45,158 bases of DNA from Parabacteroides goldsteinii (GTDB lineage: Bacteria; Bacillota_I; Bacilli_A; RFN20; CAG-826): NCBI GenBank assembly GCA_963632335.1, contig CAVGUA010000081.1, positions 12,131 through 57,288 of the forward strand. Reading direction: 5' to 3'. The notes beneath the pieces are model-generated. The model searched no databases. It was not told where the DNA came from and saw nothing but the letters and a program-made list of their open reading frames with translations. Position numbers and translations under genes: made by a program. How positions within the stretch are numbered: position 1 is the first letter of the stretch; every line of letters starts with the position of its first letter. Of this stretch, positions 36,286-45,158 are shown piece by piece.

Positions 36286-38115
36286 TTATTTTTGGATTTC
36301 TGCCTTAGCTCTTGCATCAAACTTTTTACGATCAGCAGTATTCAAAATTCTCTTTCTGATTCTATAAGTTTTTGGTGTAATTTCAACAAGTTCATCACTA
36401 TTAATATAGTCAAGGCATGCTTCTAAAGACATCTTTCTTGGGACTTTTAAAACAACTGTGAAATCTTTATTTGATGATCTTTGGTTTGTTAAGTTTTTAG
36501 TTGCGCAAACGTTAACTGATAAATCAGTATCATATTTATTTTCGCCAACTACCATACCTTCATAGACATCAACGCCAGGAGCAATGAACATAACACCTCT
36601 TTCTTCAACGTGTTGAATTGCATAAGGTGTTGCCATACCTTTTTCAGTAGCAACTAAAACACCAATTTGTCTTTCGCCTAAATCTTTCTTTTCAAGTGGT
36701 CTATAGTCTTTATAAGTATGAGATATAATTCCGTATCCTTTAGTTAATGTTAAGAAATTTGAAATAAATCCAAGTAAACCTCTTGATGGAATGATGTAAT
36801 CAATTTTAGTATTAGCATCTCCTGCATCCATATTAACAAGTTCAGCATCTCTTGTTCCTAAAGCAGTCATAATATCACCAACAAATTCGTTAGGAACTTC
36901 AATTGATAAATCTTCAAATGGTTCGCATTTAACGCCATCGATTTCTTTTATAATAACTTCAGGTCGTGAAACTTCGAGTTCATAACCTTCTCTACGCATA
37001 TTTTCAATTAAGATACCAAGATGTAATTCGCCTCTTCCAGCGACAACCCAAGATTCTGAATTTGGAACTCTAGTGACTTTTAAAGAAACATCTTTTTGAA
37101 CTTCTTTATTTAATCTTTCTTGAATTTGTCTTGCTGTTAATAAATCACCATCATTTCCAGCAAAAGGGGAACTATTTGTACCAAAAGTCATAGTCATAGT
37201 TGGTTCATCAATATGGATTGGTGGAAGTGGTTCAATAAGTGAATTATCACAAATTGTTTCTCCAACGTTAATATCTGGTAAACCAGCAATAGCAACTATA
37301 TCGCCAGCATTTGCTGATTCAATTTCTTGCTTTTTAAGACCGAAATAGCCAATAACCTTTTGAATTTTAAATTGTTTAACTGATCCATCTCTTCTAGCAC
37401 AACTTACTAAAGTGCCATTTTTAATTGTTCCTCTTTGGATTCTTCCAATACCCATACGACCAACATAGTCATTATAATCAAGCATTGCAACTTGAATTTG
37501 AAGTGGACCTTCTTCAGTAACACGTGGTTCTGGAATTTCACTTAAAATTAAATCGAATATTGGCGTCATTCCTTCTTGTTGAGTTGATAATAAAGGATCT
37601 AAAGATGATGTACCATTTAAAGCACTACAATACGCAACTTTAAAATCTAAGAAATCATCTGGTGCACCAAGTTCAATGAATAAATTTAATACTTCATCAA
37701 CTGCTTTAGCAGGATTTGCATTTGGTCTATCAACTTTGTTAATAACAACAATAGGTTTAACATTAGCTTCGATGGCTTTTTTAAGAACAAAACGTGTTTG
37801 AGGCATTGTTCCTTCAAAAGCATCAACGAGTAATAAACAACCATCGACCATGTGCATAATTCTTTCGACTTCACCGCCAAAATCTGCGTGCCCTGGAGTA
37901 TCAAGAATATTGATTTTTGTGTCTTTATATAAAATGGATGTTGTTTTAGCTAAAATTGTAATACCTCTTTCTCTTTCAATAGGATCGCTATCCATAACAC
38001 GATCTTGAATCTTTTCGTTTTCTCTAAAAGTATTGGAGCTTTTTAAAAGTTGATTTACTAATGTAGTTTTACCATGATCAACGTGGGCAATAATTGCAAC
38101 ATTTCTCATTTTCAT
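36286..38115 (-). CDS. typA: Translational GTPase TypA/BipA
   Basis: 609 aa with [17 protein letters not shown] and NKVD motifs. The length and domain order are those of BipA. RBS GGAGG. Confidence 0.95.
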   Translation of the reverse strand: MKMRNVAIIAHVDHGKTTLVNQLLKSSNTFRENEKIQDRVMDSDPIERERGITILAKTTSILYKDTKINILDTPGHADFGGEVERIMHMVDGCLLLVDAFEGTMPQTRFVLKKAIEANVKPIVVINKVDRPNANPAKAVDEVLNLFIELGAPDDFLDFKVAYCSALNGTSSLDPLLSTQQEGMTPIFDLILSEIPEPRVTEEGPLQIQVAMLDYNDYVGRMGIGRIQRGTIKNGTLVSCARRDGSVKQFKIQKVIGYFGLKKQEIESANAGDIVAIAGLPDINVGETICDNSLIEPLPPIHIDEPTMTMTFGTNSSPFAGNDGDLLTARQIQERLNKEVQKDVSLKVTRVPNSESWVVAGRGELHLGILIENMRREGYELEVSRPEVIIKEIDGVKCEPFEDLSIEVPNEFVGDIMTALGTRDAELVNMDAGDANTKIDYIIPSRGLLGFISNFLTLTKGYGIISHTYKDYRPLEKKDLGERQIGVLVATEKGMATPYAIQHVEERGVMFIAPGVDVYEGMVVGENKYDTDLSVNVCATKNLTNQRSSNKDFTVVLKVPRKMSLEACLDYINSDELVEITPKTYRIRKRILNTADRKKFDARAKAEIQK

Positions 38116-38300
38116 AAATCAAACCTCCAAATAATTAAAATAACGACTAATAAAATATCATAAAACAACCTACTTTTTCAACATAAATATATTTATATAT
38201 TTAAATTAGAGATTTTTTAAAAATTCTATTTTCATGAAAATTTACAAAAGAATATTTTCTACTACCTTTTTAATCCTTGTTTAACTATAATTATTTTTAT

Positions 38301-39752
38301 ATGAGAACAAATGGTATTTTAATGGCGATTTCCTCACTTCCAGGAGATCAAGGAATAGGTGATTTTGGCGAAAGTGCCTATGAATTTATTGATTTAATTA
38401 AATCAGCTAAAATTAAAATTTGGCAAGTTTTGCCATTAAATCCTGTTGGATATGGTAATTCACCTTATCAATCAGAATGTGGAGAAGCTATCGATCCTAT
38501 CTACATTTCTTTAAAAGAACTTGTTAAAGAAGGGTATTTAAAAACCTTAAAAACTTTTAATAAGTCTAGTGATCGAGTTGATTATGAAGCTGTAAGAGAA
38601 TTTAAAGAAAAATATTTGCGTTTAGCTTTTAAATCTCAAAAGGATACTGAATCTAAAGAATTTAAAGATTTTGAAAAAGCAAATAAGTGGCTTGATAATT
38701 ATGCTAAATTCCATATTATTTTCCTTAAAAATAATTATCTTGAATGGAATAAATGGGATACTGTTGAAAGATATGATCCTTATCAACATAAGTTTAATTA
38801 TTCAAAATATTTAAAAGAAATTTTATATCTTAAATGGTGTCAATTTATTGCTTTTAAGCAATTTATGAAATTAAAGAAATATGCTAATGATAATGGTATA
38901 AAAATCATGGGCGACATTCCTTTTTATGTTGGTGGTATGTCTAGCGATGTTTGGGAAAATCAAGACGATTTCTTACTCGATGACCAAGATAGATTTACTT
39001 ATATAGCAGGTGTTCCACCTGATTATTTTAGTAAGACTGGTCAAAGATGGGGTAATCCTATTTATGATTGGGACCAACTTAAAAAAGAAGGTTATGAATT
39101 TTGGATAAATAGATTTAAATATGCTTCTAATATGTATGACATTTTACGTATTGATCACTTTAGAGCTTTTGATACATATTGGAAAGTTCCATCATCATGC
39201 CCAACAGCTGAAGTTGGAAAATGGATTAAAGGCCCAGCTTATGATTTTTTTGATACTTTAAAAAAGAGTGATATCAAATTAGATATTGTTGCAGAAGATT
39301 TAGGAGATTTATTCCCTTCAGTTCTTGAACTCAAAAATCATTATAAGTTCCCTGGAATGTATATTTTGGAATTTAACTTCTTAAACCCAACTTTAAAGAT
39401 TGAGCAAAATCAAATTGTTTATACAGGAACTCATGATAATGACACTCTTGTTGGATGGTTTAAAAGTTTAAAGGAAGAAGAGCAAAATCAAGTCAAATTA
39501 AAGATGAAGATTTTGAAAGTTAAAGGAAGAACCATAAGTGAAAAATTCTTGAACTATGCTTATGAATCCATTGCTGACTATGTAATTATTCCAATGTGGG
39601 ATTTCTTAAATTTAGGCTCGTATTCAAGAATGAATGTTCCTGGAATTTGTGGAAGTCCAAACTGGGAATTTAGAATTAAAAATTTTGATGATTTTAAGAA
39701 AGTTTTACCATCTATTCTTAAATTAAATGAACAAAATAGAAGAGACAAATAA
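38301..39752 (+). CDS. malQ: 4-alpha-glucanotransferase (amylomaltase, GH77)
   Basis: MRTNGILMAISSLPGDQGIGDFG is the canonical MalQ N-terminus, so the ATG at 38301 is preferred over the track's TTG at 38277. It also has LRIDHFRAF and GTHDNDT motifs. Confidence 0.9.
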   Translation: MRTNGILMAISSLPGDQGIGDFGESAYEFIDLIKSAKIKIWQVLPLNPVGYGNSPYQSECGEAIDPIYISLKELVKEGYLKTLKTFNKSSDRVDYEAVREFKEKYLRLAFKSQKDTESKEFKDFEKANKWLDNYAKFHIIFLKNNYLEWNKWDTVERYDPYQHKFNYSKYLKEILYLKWCQFIAFKQFMKLKKYANDNGIKIMGDIPFYVGGMSSDVWENQDDFLLDDQDRFTYIAGVPPDYFSKTGQRWGNPIYDWDQLKKEGYEFWINRFKYASNMYDILRIDHFRAFDTYWKVPSSCPTAEVGKWIKGPAYDFFDTLKKSDIKLDIVAEDLGDLFPSVLELKNHYKFPGMYILEFNFLNPTLKIEQNQIVYTGTHDNDTLVGWFKSLKEEEQNQVKLKMKILKVKGRTISEKFLNYAYESIADYVIIPMWDFLNLGSYSRMNVPGICGSPNWEFRIKNFDDFKKVLPSILKLNEQNRRDK

Positions 39753-39753
39753 A

Positions 39754-41046
39754 ATGTATAACGTTGGTTTAGTTTCTTTAGGATGTGTTAAAAACACTGT
39801 TGATAGCGAATCAATTTTAGCTATGCTTCCTCAAGAAGATTTTAATATTGTCACAGATTTGAATCAAAGTGATTTAATTATTATCAATACTTGTGGATTT
39901 ATTTTAGATGCAAAAGTTGAAGCAATAAATGTTATTATCGAAGCTTTAAAATATAAAAAGAAGACAATTGTTTTAGGCTGTTTAGTAGAACGTTATAAAG
40001 AAGATTTAGTCAAAGAATTTCCAGAAGTTGATGCCTTTGTTTCTTTGAAAGAATATCCAAATCTTCAAAATATAATTAATAAAGTCTTAAATAGAGAAGT
40101 TGTTGATGATGAATTTGATATTTTTAATAGAGTTTTATCAACTCCTTCATATTCTGCTTATTTAAAAATATCTGAAGGATGCGATAATTTTTGCGCATTT
40201 TGTTCTATTCCATTTATTAGAGGTAGATTCCATAGTTATGATTTTGATGAACTTATTTTATACGCAAAGGATTTAGCGAAAAACGGCATTAAAGAATTAA
40301 TTGTGATTTCTCAAGACACTGTAAGTTATGGAAAAGATTTAAAAAATGGAACTAATTTATATAAGTTGCTTAAAGAATTAGATAAGATTGAAGGCTTTGA
40401 ATTTATTAGGGTTTTATATACTTATCCTGAAGGTATCACGGATGAAATTTTAGAGCTTATATCGAAGTCAAATAAGATTGTTCATTATTTTGATATACCA
40501 TTACAACACTGCTCATCTAGGATTTTAAAATTAATGAATAGACATGATACAAAGGAATCAATTTTATCTTTATATGAAAGAATAAAAAGAATTGTTCCTG
40601 ATGCAATTTTAAGAACTACTTTAATTTCTGGTTTTCCTAGTGAAACAGATGAGGAAGCAAAAGAACTTTTAGATTTTATTAAAGAAATTAAATTCAATCA
40701 TCTTGGAGTATTTACTTATTCTAAAGAAGAAGGCACAAAAGCAAGTTTGCTTGATGGACAAATTGATGAAGAAGTTAAAGCTTCTAGAAAAGATGCTTTA
40801 ATGAATGAACAAAAGAAAATTTCTTATGAATTAAATAAAGGATTAGTTGGAAAGAAATTTAAAGCAATTATTACTAAGGTTTTAGGAAATAATGAATATG
40901 AAGTTAGGAGTCAATTTAATTCTCCTGATGATATTGATGGAAGTATTATTCTTCAATCAAATAATAAGCATTTAGAGGGTGAAATTGTAAATATAGAAAT
41001 TACAAACGCATTTGTTTATGATTTGCTTGCTAAAGAGGCTGAATAG
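39754..41046 (+). CDS. rimO: Ribosomal protein S12 methylthiotransferase RimO
   Basis: VGLVSLGCVKNTVDSE...IINTCGFI...VLGCL matches the RimO N-domain. It has the radical-SAM motif CDNFCAFC and a C-terminal TRAM-like domain. The start could instead be 39727, overlapping malQ. Confidence 0.85.
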   Translation: MYNVGLVSLGCVKNTVDSESILAMLPQEDFNIVTDLNQSDLIIINTCGFILDAKVEAINVIIEALKYKKKTIVLGCLVERYKEDLVKEFPEVDAFVSLKEYPNLQNIINKVLNREVVDDEFDIFNRVLSTPSYSAYLKISEGCDNFCAFCSIPFIRGRFHSYDFDELILYAKDLAKNGIKELIVISQDTVSYGKDLKNGTNLYKLLKELDKIEGFEFIRVLYTYPEGITDEILELISKSNKIVHYFDIPLQHCSSRILKLMNRHDTKESILSLYERIKRIVPDAILRTTLISGFPSETDEEAKELLDFIKEIKFNHLGVFTYSKEEGTKASLLDGQIDEEVKASRKDALMNEQKKISYELNKGLVGKKFKAIITKVLGNNEYEVRSQFNSPDDIDGSIILQSNNKHLEGEIVNIEITNAFVYDLLAKEAE

Positions 41047-41061
41047 CACGCTATAAAGTTA

Positions 41062-41090
41062 TTGAAATATGTGTCAAGTTCATATAAAAT
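41062..41090 (+). promoter_or_regulatory. Candidate promoter for tRNA-Thr
   Basis: TTGAAA (41062-41067), 17-nt spacer, TAAAAT (41085-41090). It lies 16 nt upstream of the tRNA 5' end. Confidence 0.5.
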
Positions 41091-41106
41091 AATAAGGCGT
41101 GATTAA

Positions 41107-41180
41107 GCCCCATTAGTTAATCGGTATAACGGATCCATGGTAAGGATCTATGCGTAGTTCGACTCTGCGATGGGGCACCA
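41107..41180 (+). tRNA. tRNA-Thr (anticodon GGU)
   Basis: GCCCCAT TA GTTA ATCGGTA TAAC G GATCC ATGGTAA GGATC TATG CGTAG TTCGACT CTGCG ATGGGGC A CCA. The acceptor, D and anticodon stems are perfect and CCA is encoded. Confidence 0.9.
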
Positions 41181-41194
41181 CAAATGAAATAAAT

Positions 41195-41216
41195 AGCACC
41201 GAAAGGTGCTTTTTTG
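41195..41216 (+). terminator. Terminator after tRNA-Thr
   Basis: AGCACC-GAAA-GGTGCT followed by TTTTTTG. Confidence 0.8.
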
Positions 41217-41241
41217 TTATAATGACTAAAAAGGAGTCAAT

Positions 41242-41709
41242 ATGGAAAATAAAACTTTTGAGCTTTTAAATAATAAAAATATTCCTTATAAAGAATATCA
41301 TCATGAATCATGTTTAAATTACGAAGTAGCTCATAAAATTGATGAAGAACTTCATATTAGTGGTCAAGAAGCGAAAGCTTTATTAATGAAAGGAAAGAAA
41401 ACAGGTTTATATTATTGTTTTTTGACTATTGAAGGAACTAGAGTAGATCAAAAATATGTTAAAGAATTAGTTAATGAAAAAGTATCTTTAGTTCCTGCTG
41501 AAGAAATCGAAGATGTTTTTAAAGAAGTTGTTGGTTGTGTTTCTCCTTTTGGCTACGATGAAAATCTAGTTTATTTAGTTGATGAGAAGTGTTATTCATT
41601 TGAAGAATTAATTTATGCTGCTGGAATTGATACTTGTTCATTTACCATAAAAGGTGAAGATTTGAAAAGATTATTGGAATTACTTCCAAATAAGAAGATT
41701 ATTTATTAA
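41242..41709 (+). CDS. YbaK/ProX-family aminoacyl-tRNA trans-editing domain protein
   Basis: 155 aa. The size and strings such as AKALLMKGKK......L and VGCVSPFG fit the YbaK/EbsC deacylase fold. RBS AAAGGAG. Confidence 0.6.
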   Translation: MENKTFELLNNKNIPYKEYHHESCLNYEVAHKIDEELHISGQEAKALLMKGKKTGLYYCFLTIEGTRVDQKYVKELVNEKVSLVPAEEIEDVFKEVVGCVSPFGYDENLVYLVDEKCYSFEELIYAAGIDTCSFTIKGEDLKRLLELLPNKKIIY

Positions 41710-41738
41710 AAAACTTCCGAATAAATCGGAAGTTTTTT
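41710..41738. terminator. Bidirectional terminator between convergent genes
   Basis: AAAACTTCCGA-ATAAA-TCGGAAGTTTT has an A run on one side and a T run on the other. It fills the gap between the stops at 41709 (+) and 41740 (-). Confidence 0.8.
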
Positions 41739-41739
41739 G

Positions 41740-42714
41740 TTAATTCATTTTAATTCTATAAATATATTTAGCTCTTGTGAATTTGCCATAGATATATTTA
41801 TTACATGCTGATTCATTATTAACATAAACATATCCATCTTTATAAGTAATTTCTTCATTCATGGCAGGACCAGATATTTCGTTTACAAGTTCATTATTTC
41901 CTAAAAAGGTAATGCTTATTGGAAGTAAGAAATCTTCATGTTCATATTTTTGACTTTTGGTGTTTGAATTTACTTTATATGAAAGAAGTTTTGAAGGATT
42001 GATTCCACACGATGTACTAATAACAATTTTCCCTGAATCAGTTATACACATTCCTTGAGCATTATTAGTAACTGCATAACCATATAGTGGAAGTGGTGAA
42101 ACAAGATCGCCAATAAATGGGTAAGCTAAAACAAAGGCATGGCTCTCTTGTTCGTCATTCTTGATATAGTGAGTTTCATCGGTGGTATATTTATTTCCAT
42201 CATAATATTCACCAACATACATCATTGTACTCGATGCAAAACAAAAACTTGAATTAGTATGTACTTTTTGTTCTGTCTCAATATTTACATAATCTCCATT
42301 TGAAGCATTAACTAAATCACTCATAGATAAAGCATATAATTTTTTTGCATTAGAAATGTATACTTTTTCTCCATGTACAGCAATACCACCTGTATGTCTT
42401 TTAAATAATTCGCCATTATATTTTAATGAAACGTATTTTGTGGTGTTACCATCTTCATTAGTAATATAAATTCTTGAAGCAGAATCATCATTCATATAAC
42501 CACAATTTAAAAATACCTTATAGTTTTCTGAATATGATAATCCTTGAGGAATATAGTTATCGTGTATTCCAGGAATTTTATATAATTTTTCTGCATTTTT
42601 ATAATAATCACCAAACCTAATTGAATCGTACGCAGCAATACCGCCTACACCTGCAATAGGTAAACCAATGACAATTGCTAAAATAGTTACAAGAGCGCTT
42701 TTAAACTTTCCCAT
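41740..42714 (-). CDS. Hypothetical membrane-anchored/secreted protein
   Basis: 324 aa with an N-terminal hydrophobic anchor (ALVTILAIVIGLPIAGVGGIAA). The remainder is beta-rich and Tyr/Asn/Gly-rich. RBS AGGAGA. No family recognised. Confidence 0.55.
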   Translation of the reverse strand: MGKFKSALVTILAIVIGLPIAGVGGIAAYDSIRFGDYYKNAEKLYKIPGIHDNYIPQGLSYSENYKVFLNCGYMNDDSASRIYITNEDGNTTKYVSLKYNGELFKRHTGGIAVHGEKVYISNAKKLYALSMSDLVNASNGDYVNIETEQKVHTNSSFCFASSTMMYVGEYYDGNKYTTDETHYIKNDEQESHAFVLAYPFIGDLVSPLPLYGYAVTNNAQGMCITDSGKIVISTSCGINPSKLLSYKVNSNTKSQKYEHEDFLLPISITFLGNNELVNEISGPAMNEEITYKDGYVYVNNESACNKYIYGKFTRAKYIYRIKMN

Positions 42715-42879
42715 AAAATCTCTCCTTTAATTCGTGAAAATATTATATAAAAAATAAATATGTTTTGTTATATCTTTTTAGTTAAAAAATATACAATTTT
42801 ATAAATCAAAAAATTAAGTTTTCAAATGTGATTTATTGATACTCCATATTTGAAAATCTATATAGGTTCTTAGCTCTTT

Positions 42880-44928
42880 TTATAATTTCATAGCAATATC
42901 CCATGCTCTCCAAATGACATCTTTTAAATTGCCTACTTTATAACAATCGCCAACTAAATCATGCTTTTTAGATAATGGGTTTGGGGTGTAACCAATGCAA
43001 GAAATGATATTATCAAATTTTAATACTGTATCAGGATTATTCTTTGTTTTAATAGTTATTTCGTTGCCGTTAATTTCTTTAACACCAGAATTTAGATATA
43101 CAGGTACTTTATGTAACTTAAAGAAATCTCTTAAATATGATGAATTCGCAAGACAAACTCCTCTTACGGCGATTAAATCATCTTTCATTTCGATGATTAC
43201 TGGTTTTTTGCCTTCATTAAATAATTTATAAGTAATTTCACATCCTGTTAAAGAACCACCAACAATAACAATGTTTTCGCCGATTTGTGGATTATTGGTT
43301 AGATAATCGACAGCATTAATTACATTATTTTTTGCACCCTTAATCTTTAAAATTCTTGGTGTTGCACCAGTTGCAATAATGATTTTATCAGCACGAATCT
43401 CATCTAAATTTGTAACTTCATAATTATATTTGACTTTGATATTTAATTTTTTCATTTGATATTTGTACCAATTGATTAAAGATTTATCTTTTTCTTTAAA
43501 ATCAAAACTTGAAGCAGCAATAAATACGCCGCCTAAATCATTAGTTTTTTCATAAATTATAGGTTTATGTCCCCTTAAAGCTGCAACACGAGCAACTTCC
43601 ATTCCGGCAATTCCGCCACCAATAATAGCAATTGTTTTTTGATTTTTAGTTTTAACAATTTTATATTTCTTTGATTGCATAGATTCAGCATTTATTGCAC
43701 ATCTACACATTCCTAATGTATCACTTAATTTTTGGTCGTTACCAACTCCCTTATAGTGACATAAATTAAAACAGCCATTATGACAACATATGCAAGGTCT
43801 AATATCATCTTCTTGATCATTAATTAATTTAGTAACCCATTCAGGATCAGCCAAAAATTGTCTTGCAATACCAACTGCATCAATTCTTTTTTCTAGTATT
43901 GCATCAGCGCTAAATTCAGGCTCCATTCTTCCTGCAACCACAACTGGAATTTTTACATTTTTCTTTATAATTTCAGCTTCATTAAAATTGCAATTTAATG
44001 GCATATACATTGGTGGATGGTTCCAATACCAAGCATCATATGTTCCATTATCGCAATTAAGCATATCGTATCCGGCTTTTTCTAAATATTGAGCGGCTTT
44101 AATTCCTTCTATAATGTCTCTTCCAACTTCTGTATATTTTTCGCCAGGTAGTGCACCTTCTCTAAATCCTTTAGTTTTAGAAACAACAGAAAATCTTAAA
44201 GAAACTGGAAAATCTTCTCCACATTCTTTTTTGATAGCTTTTAATATTTCAACTGCAAAACGATACTTATTTTCGAAATTTCCACCATATTCATCATCTC
44301 TTTTGTTGCAATAATTTAATGTAAATTGATCAAGAGTATAACCTTCATGTACTGCGTGAACTTCAATTCCATCGACGCCTGCATCCTTACACAATTTTGC
44401 AGTTTTTGCAAAAGCTTCAACAATTTCATTAATTTCTTCTTTAGTTAATGGTCTAGAAGGAGTTTTATCAGACCATCTATTTGGTAAGTTACTACATGAA
44501 GCAGTAACATAATCGACATTTAAAAATGGTTTAGCAATTGTACCTAAAAATTTATTGGTTGCTAATGTTTCCATTAAAGAAGTAGAAGCCATAACTCTTC
44601 CAAATCCAACTGTTAATTGAACAAAAAGTTTTGCGCCAGTTCTATGGAATTTTTCCATATATTTTTCTAATTTTTTATATTTGCCTTTTCCTTGGTATAA
44701 CCATTTTCCACCCATAACATCTTTGATTGGAGCGATACCAGGAAGGATAAGGCCAACATTATTTCTAGCAACCTTATATAGTAAATTTGCAGCTTCTTCA
44801 TCAAAATGATTTGGTTCCATAAAACCAAATAAGCAAGTTCCACCCATTGAGGTCATTACTATTCTATTTTTTATTTCAACATTACCAATTTTCCATGGTG
44901 TAAATAATGGATTATATTTTTGCTTCAT
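42880..44928 (-). CDS. FMN/FAD-dependent oxidoreductase, 2-enoate reductase / 2,4-dienoyl-CoA reductase family
   Basis: It has an N-terminal Old-Yellow-Enzyme TIM barrel (MTSMGG, HAVHEGYTLDQF), a Cys cluster (CICCHNGC....C.........C) and a C-terminal Rossmann domain (IAIIGGGIAGME). The ATG at 44928 follows GGAGG. The track's TTG at 44943 lies inside the RBS. Confidence 0.85.
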   Translation of the reverse strand: MKQKYNPLFTPWKIGNVEIKNRIVMTSMGGTCLFGFMEPNHFDEEAANLLYKVARNNVGLILPGIAPIKDVMGGKWLYQGKGKYKKLEKYMEKFHRTGAKLFVQLTVGFGRVMASTSLMETLATNKFLGTIAKPFLNVDYVTASCSNLPNRWSDKTPSRPLTKEEINEIVEAFAKTAKLCKDAGVDGIEVHAVHEGYTLDQFTLNYCNKRDDEYGGNFENKYRFAVEILKAIKKECGEDFPVSLRFSVVSKTKGFREGALPGEKYTEVGRDIIEGIKAAQYLEKAGYDMLNCDNGTYDAWYWNHPPMYMPLNCNFNEAEIIKKNVKIPVVVAGRMEPEFSADAILEKRIDAVGIARQFLADPEWVTKLINDQEDDIRPCICCHNGCFNLCHYKGVGNDQKLSDTLGMCRCAINAESMQSKKYKIVKTKNQKTIAIIGGGIAGMEVARVAALRGHKPIIYEKTNDLGGVFIAASSFDFKEKDKSLINWYKYQMKKLNIKVKYNYEVTNLDEIRADKIIIATGATPRILKIKGAKNNVINAVDYLTNNPQIGENIVIVGGSLTGCEITYKLFNEGKKPVIIEMKDDLIAVRGVCLANSSYLRDFFKLHKVPVYLNSGVKEINGNEITIKTKNNPDTVLKFDNIISCIGYTPNPLSKKHDLVGDCYKVGNLKDVIWRAWDIAMKL

Positions 44929-45158
44929 TTTTTTGACCTCCAATAATAATGGACTTTTTAATTATAGATAAAATTAGAAATAAAGTGAAAAAGAAGTATT
45001 TCATAGTTGAAAAAAACACGTCATATATGGTTTTAATTTGATTGAAGGCTATTTAATTCAAAAAAATTTAAAACTTCTTATAACATCATTTATTTATTTA
45101 ATCGATTGTGATAACATTAATTCGATTTTCGAATTTTTACAGTAGTTAGTATATATAC

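Noticed and set aside
38228-38241. 14-bp palindrome ATTTTCATGAAAAT 60 nt upstream of malQ. It resembles a CodY box with one extra central base and shares the TTCATGAA core with the 17253/17340 inverted repeat.
   Set aside because: Several 14-bp palindromes are expected by chance in 45 kb of AT-rich DNA. The spacing does not match the 15-bp CodY consensus. The shared core is only 8 nt.
1-45158. The palindrome GTATATATAC occurs near both window ends (10-19 and 45149-45158), which could indicate terminal repeats or circularity
   Set aside because: It is only 10 bp of pure alternating AT-rich sequence, and the flanking bases do not match. It is most likely coincidence or an artefact of where the window was cut.
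1-45158. Mycoplasma-type genetic code (TGA as Trp), suggested by the low GC content
   Set aside because: Long genes such as rpoB and rpoC are uninterrupted under the standard code. Trp is encoded by TGG. TGA is used as a genuine stop, for example at 5242-5244.

Overview
This is an AT-rich (roughly 30-33% GC by eye) Bacillota-type chromosomal segment. It uses the standard genetic code: TGA ends the CDS at 4573-5244 and Trp is TGG, so it is not code 4.

Positions 1.6-21.9 kb hold the classic Firmicute core array on the + strand: cysS, rlmB, a sigH-like sigma factor, rpmG, secE, nusG, rplK, rplA, rplJ, rplL, a ybxB-like methyltransferase, rpoB, rpoC, rpsL, rpsG, fusA and tuf. It departs from the Bacillus subtilis layout in three ways. 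An MgtC-family gene sits where mrnC would be. There is no yacP. A 480-nt non-coding spacer sits where ybxF (L7Ae) would be.

The remaining 23 kb is ordinary housekeeping and membrane genes: rdgB, trxA, a TraX-family protein, a CPBP protease, a YigZ-like protein, an Mrp/NBP35 ATPase, an M24B aminopeptidase, a HAD hydrolase, cls, a MacB/FtsX-type ABC pair, typA, malQ, rimO, a YbaK-like deacylase and an OYE/FAD enoate-reductase-type enzyme. There are also two tRNAs, Gly-UCC and Thr-GGU. I saw no CRISPR array, transposase, integrase or rRNA.

The parts that look non-routine are:
- A left-edge accessory module (nt 3-1427): a 5'-truncated DUF4417-like gene followed by a translationally coupled basic/acidic gene pair that looks like an orphan toxin-immunity cassette.
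- The structured rpoC-rpsL spacer, which has a perfect 20-bp inverted repeat.
- A decaying ogt gene, with a stop at codon 2 and a frameshift in a G3A6 tract.
- Short sequence motifs shared between three otherwise unrelated intergenic regions.
- A 23-bp perfect palindrome spanning a 53-nt divergent promoter region.

No complete, clearly novel multi-gene system can be demonstrated from sequence alone. The best candidate is cut by the left window edge.
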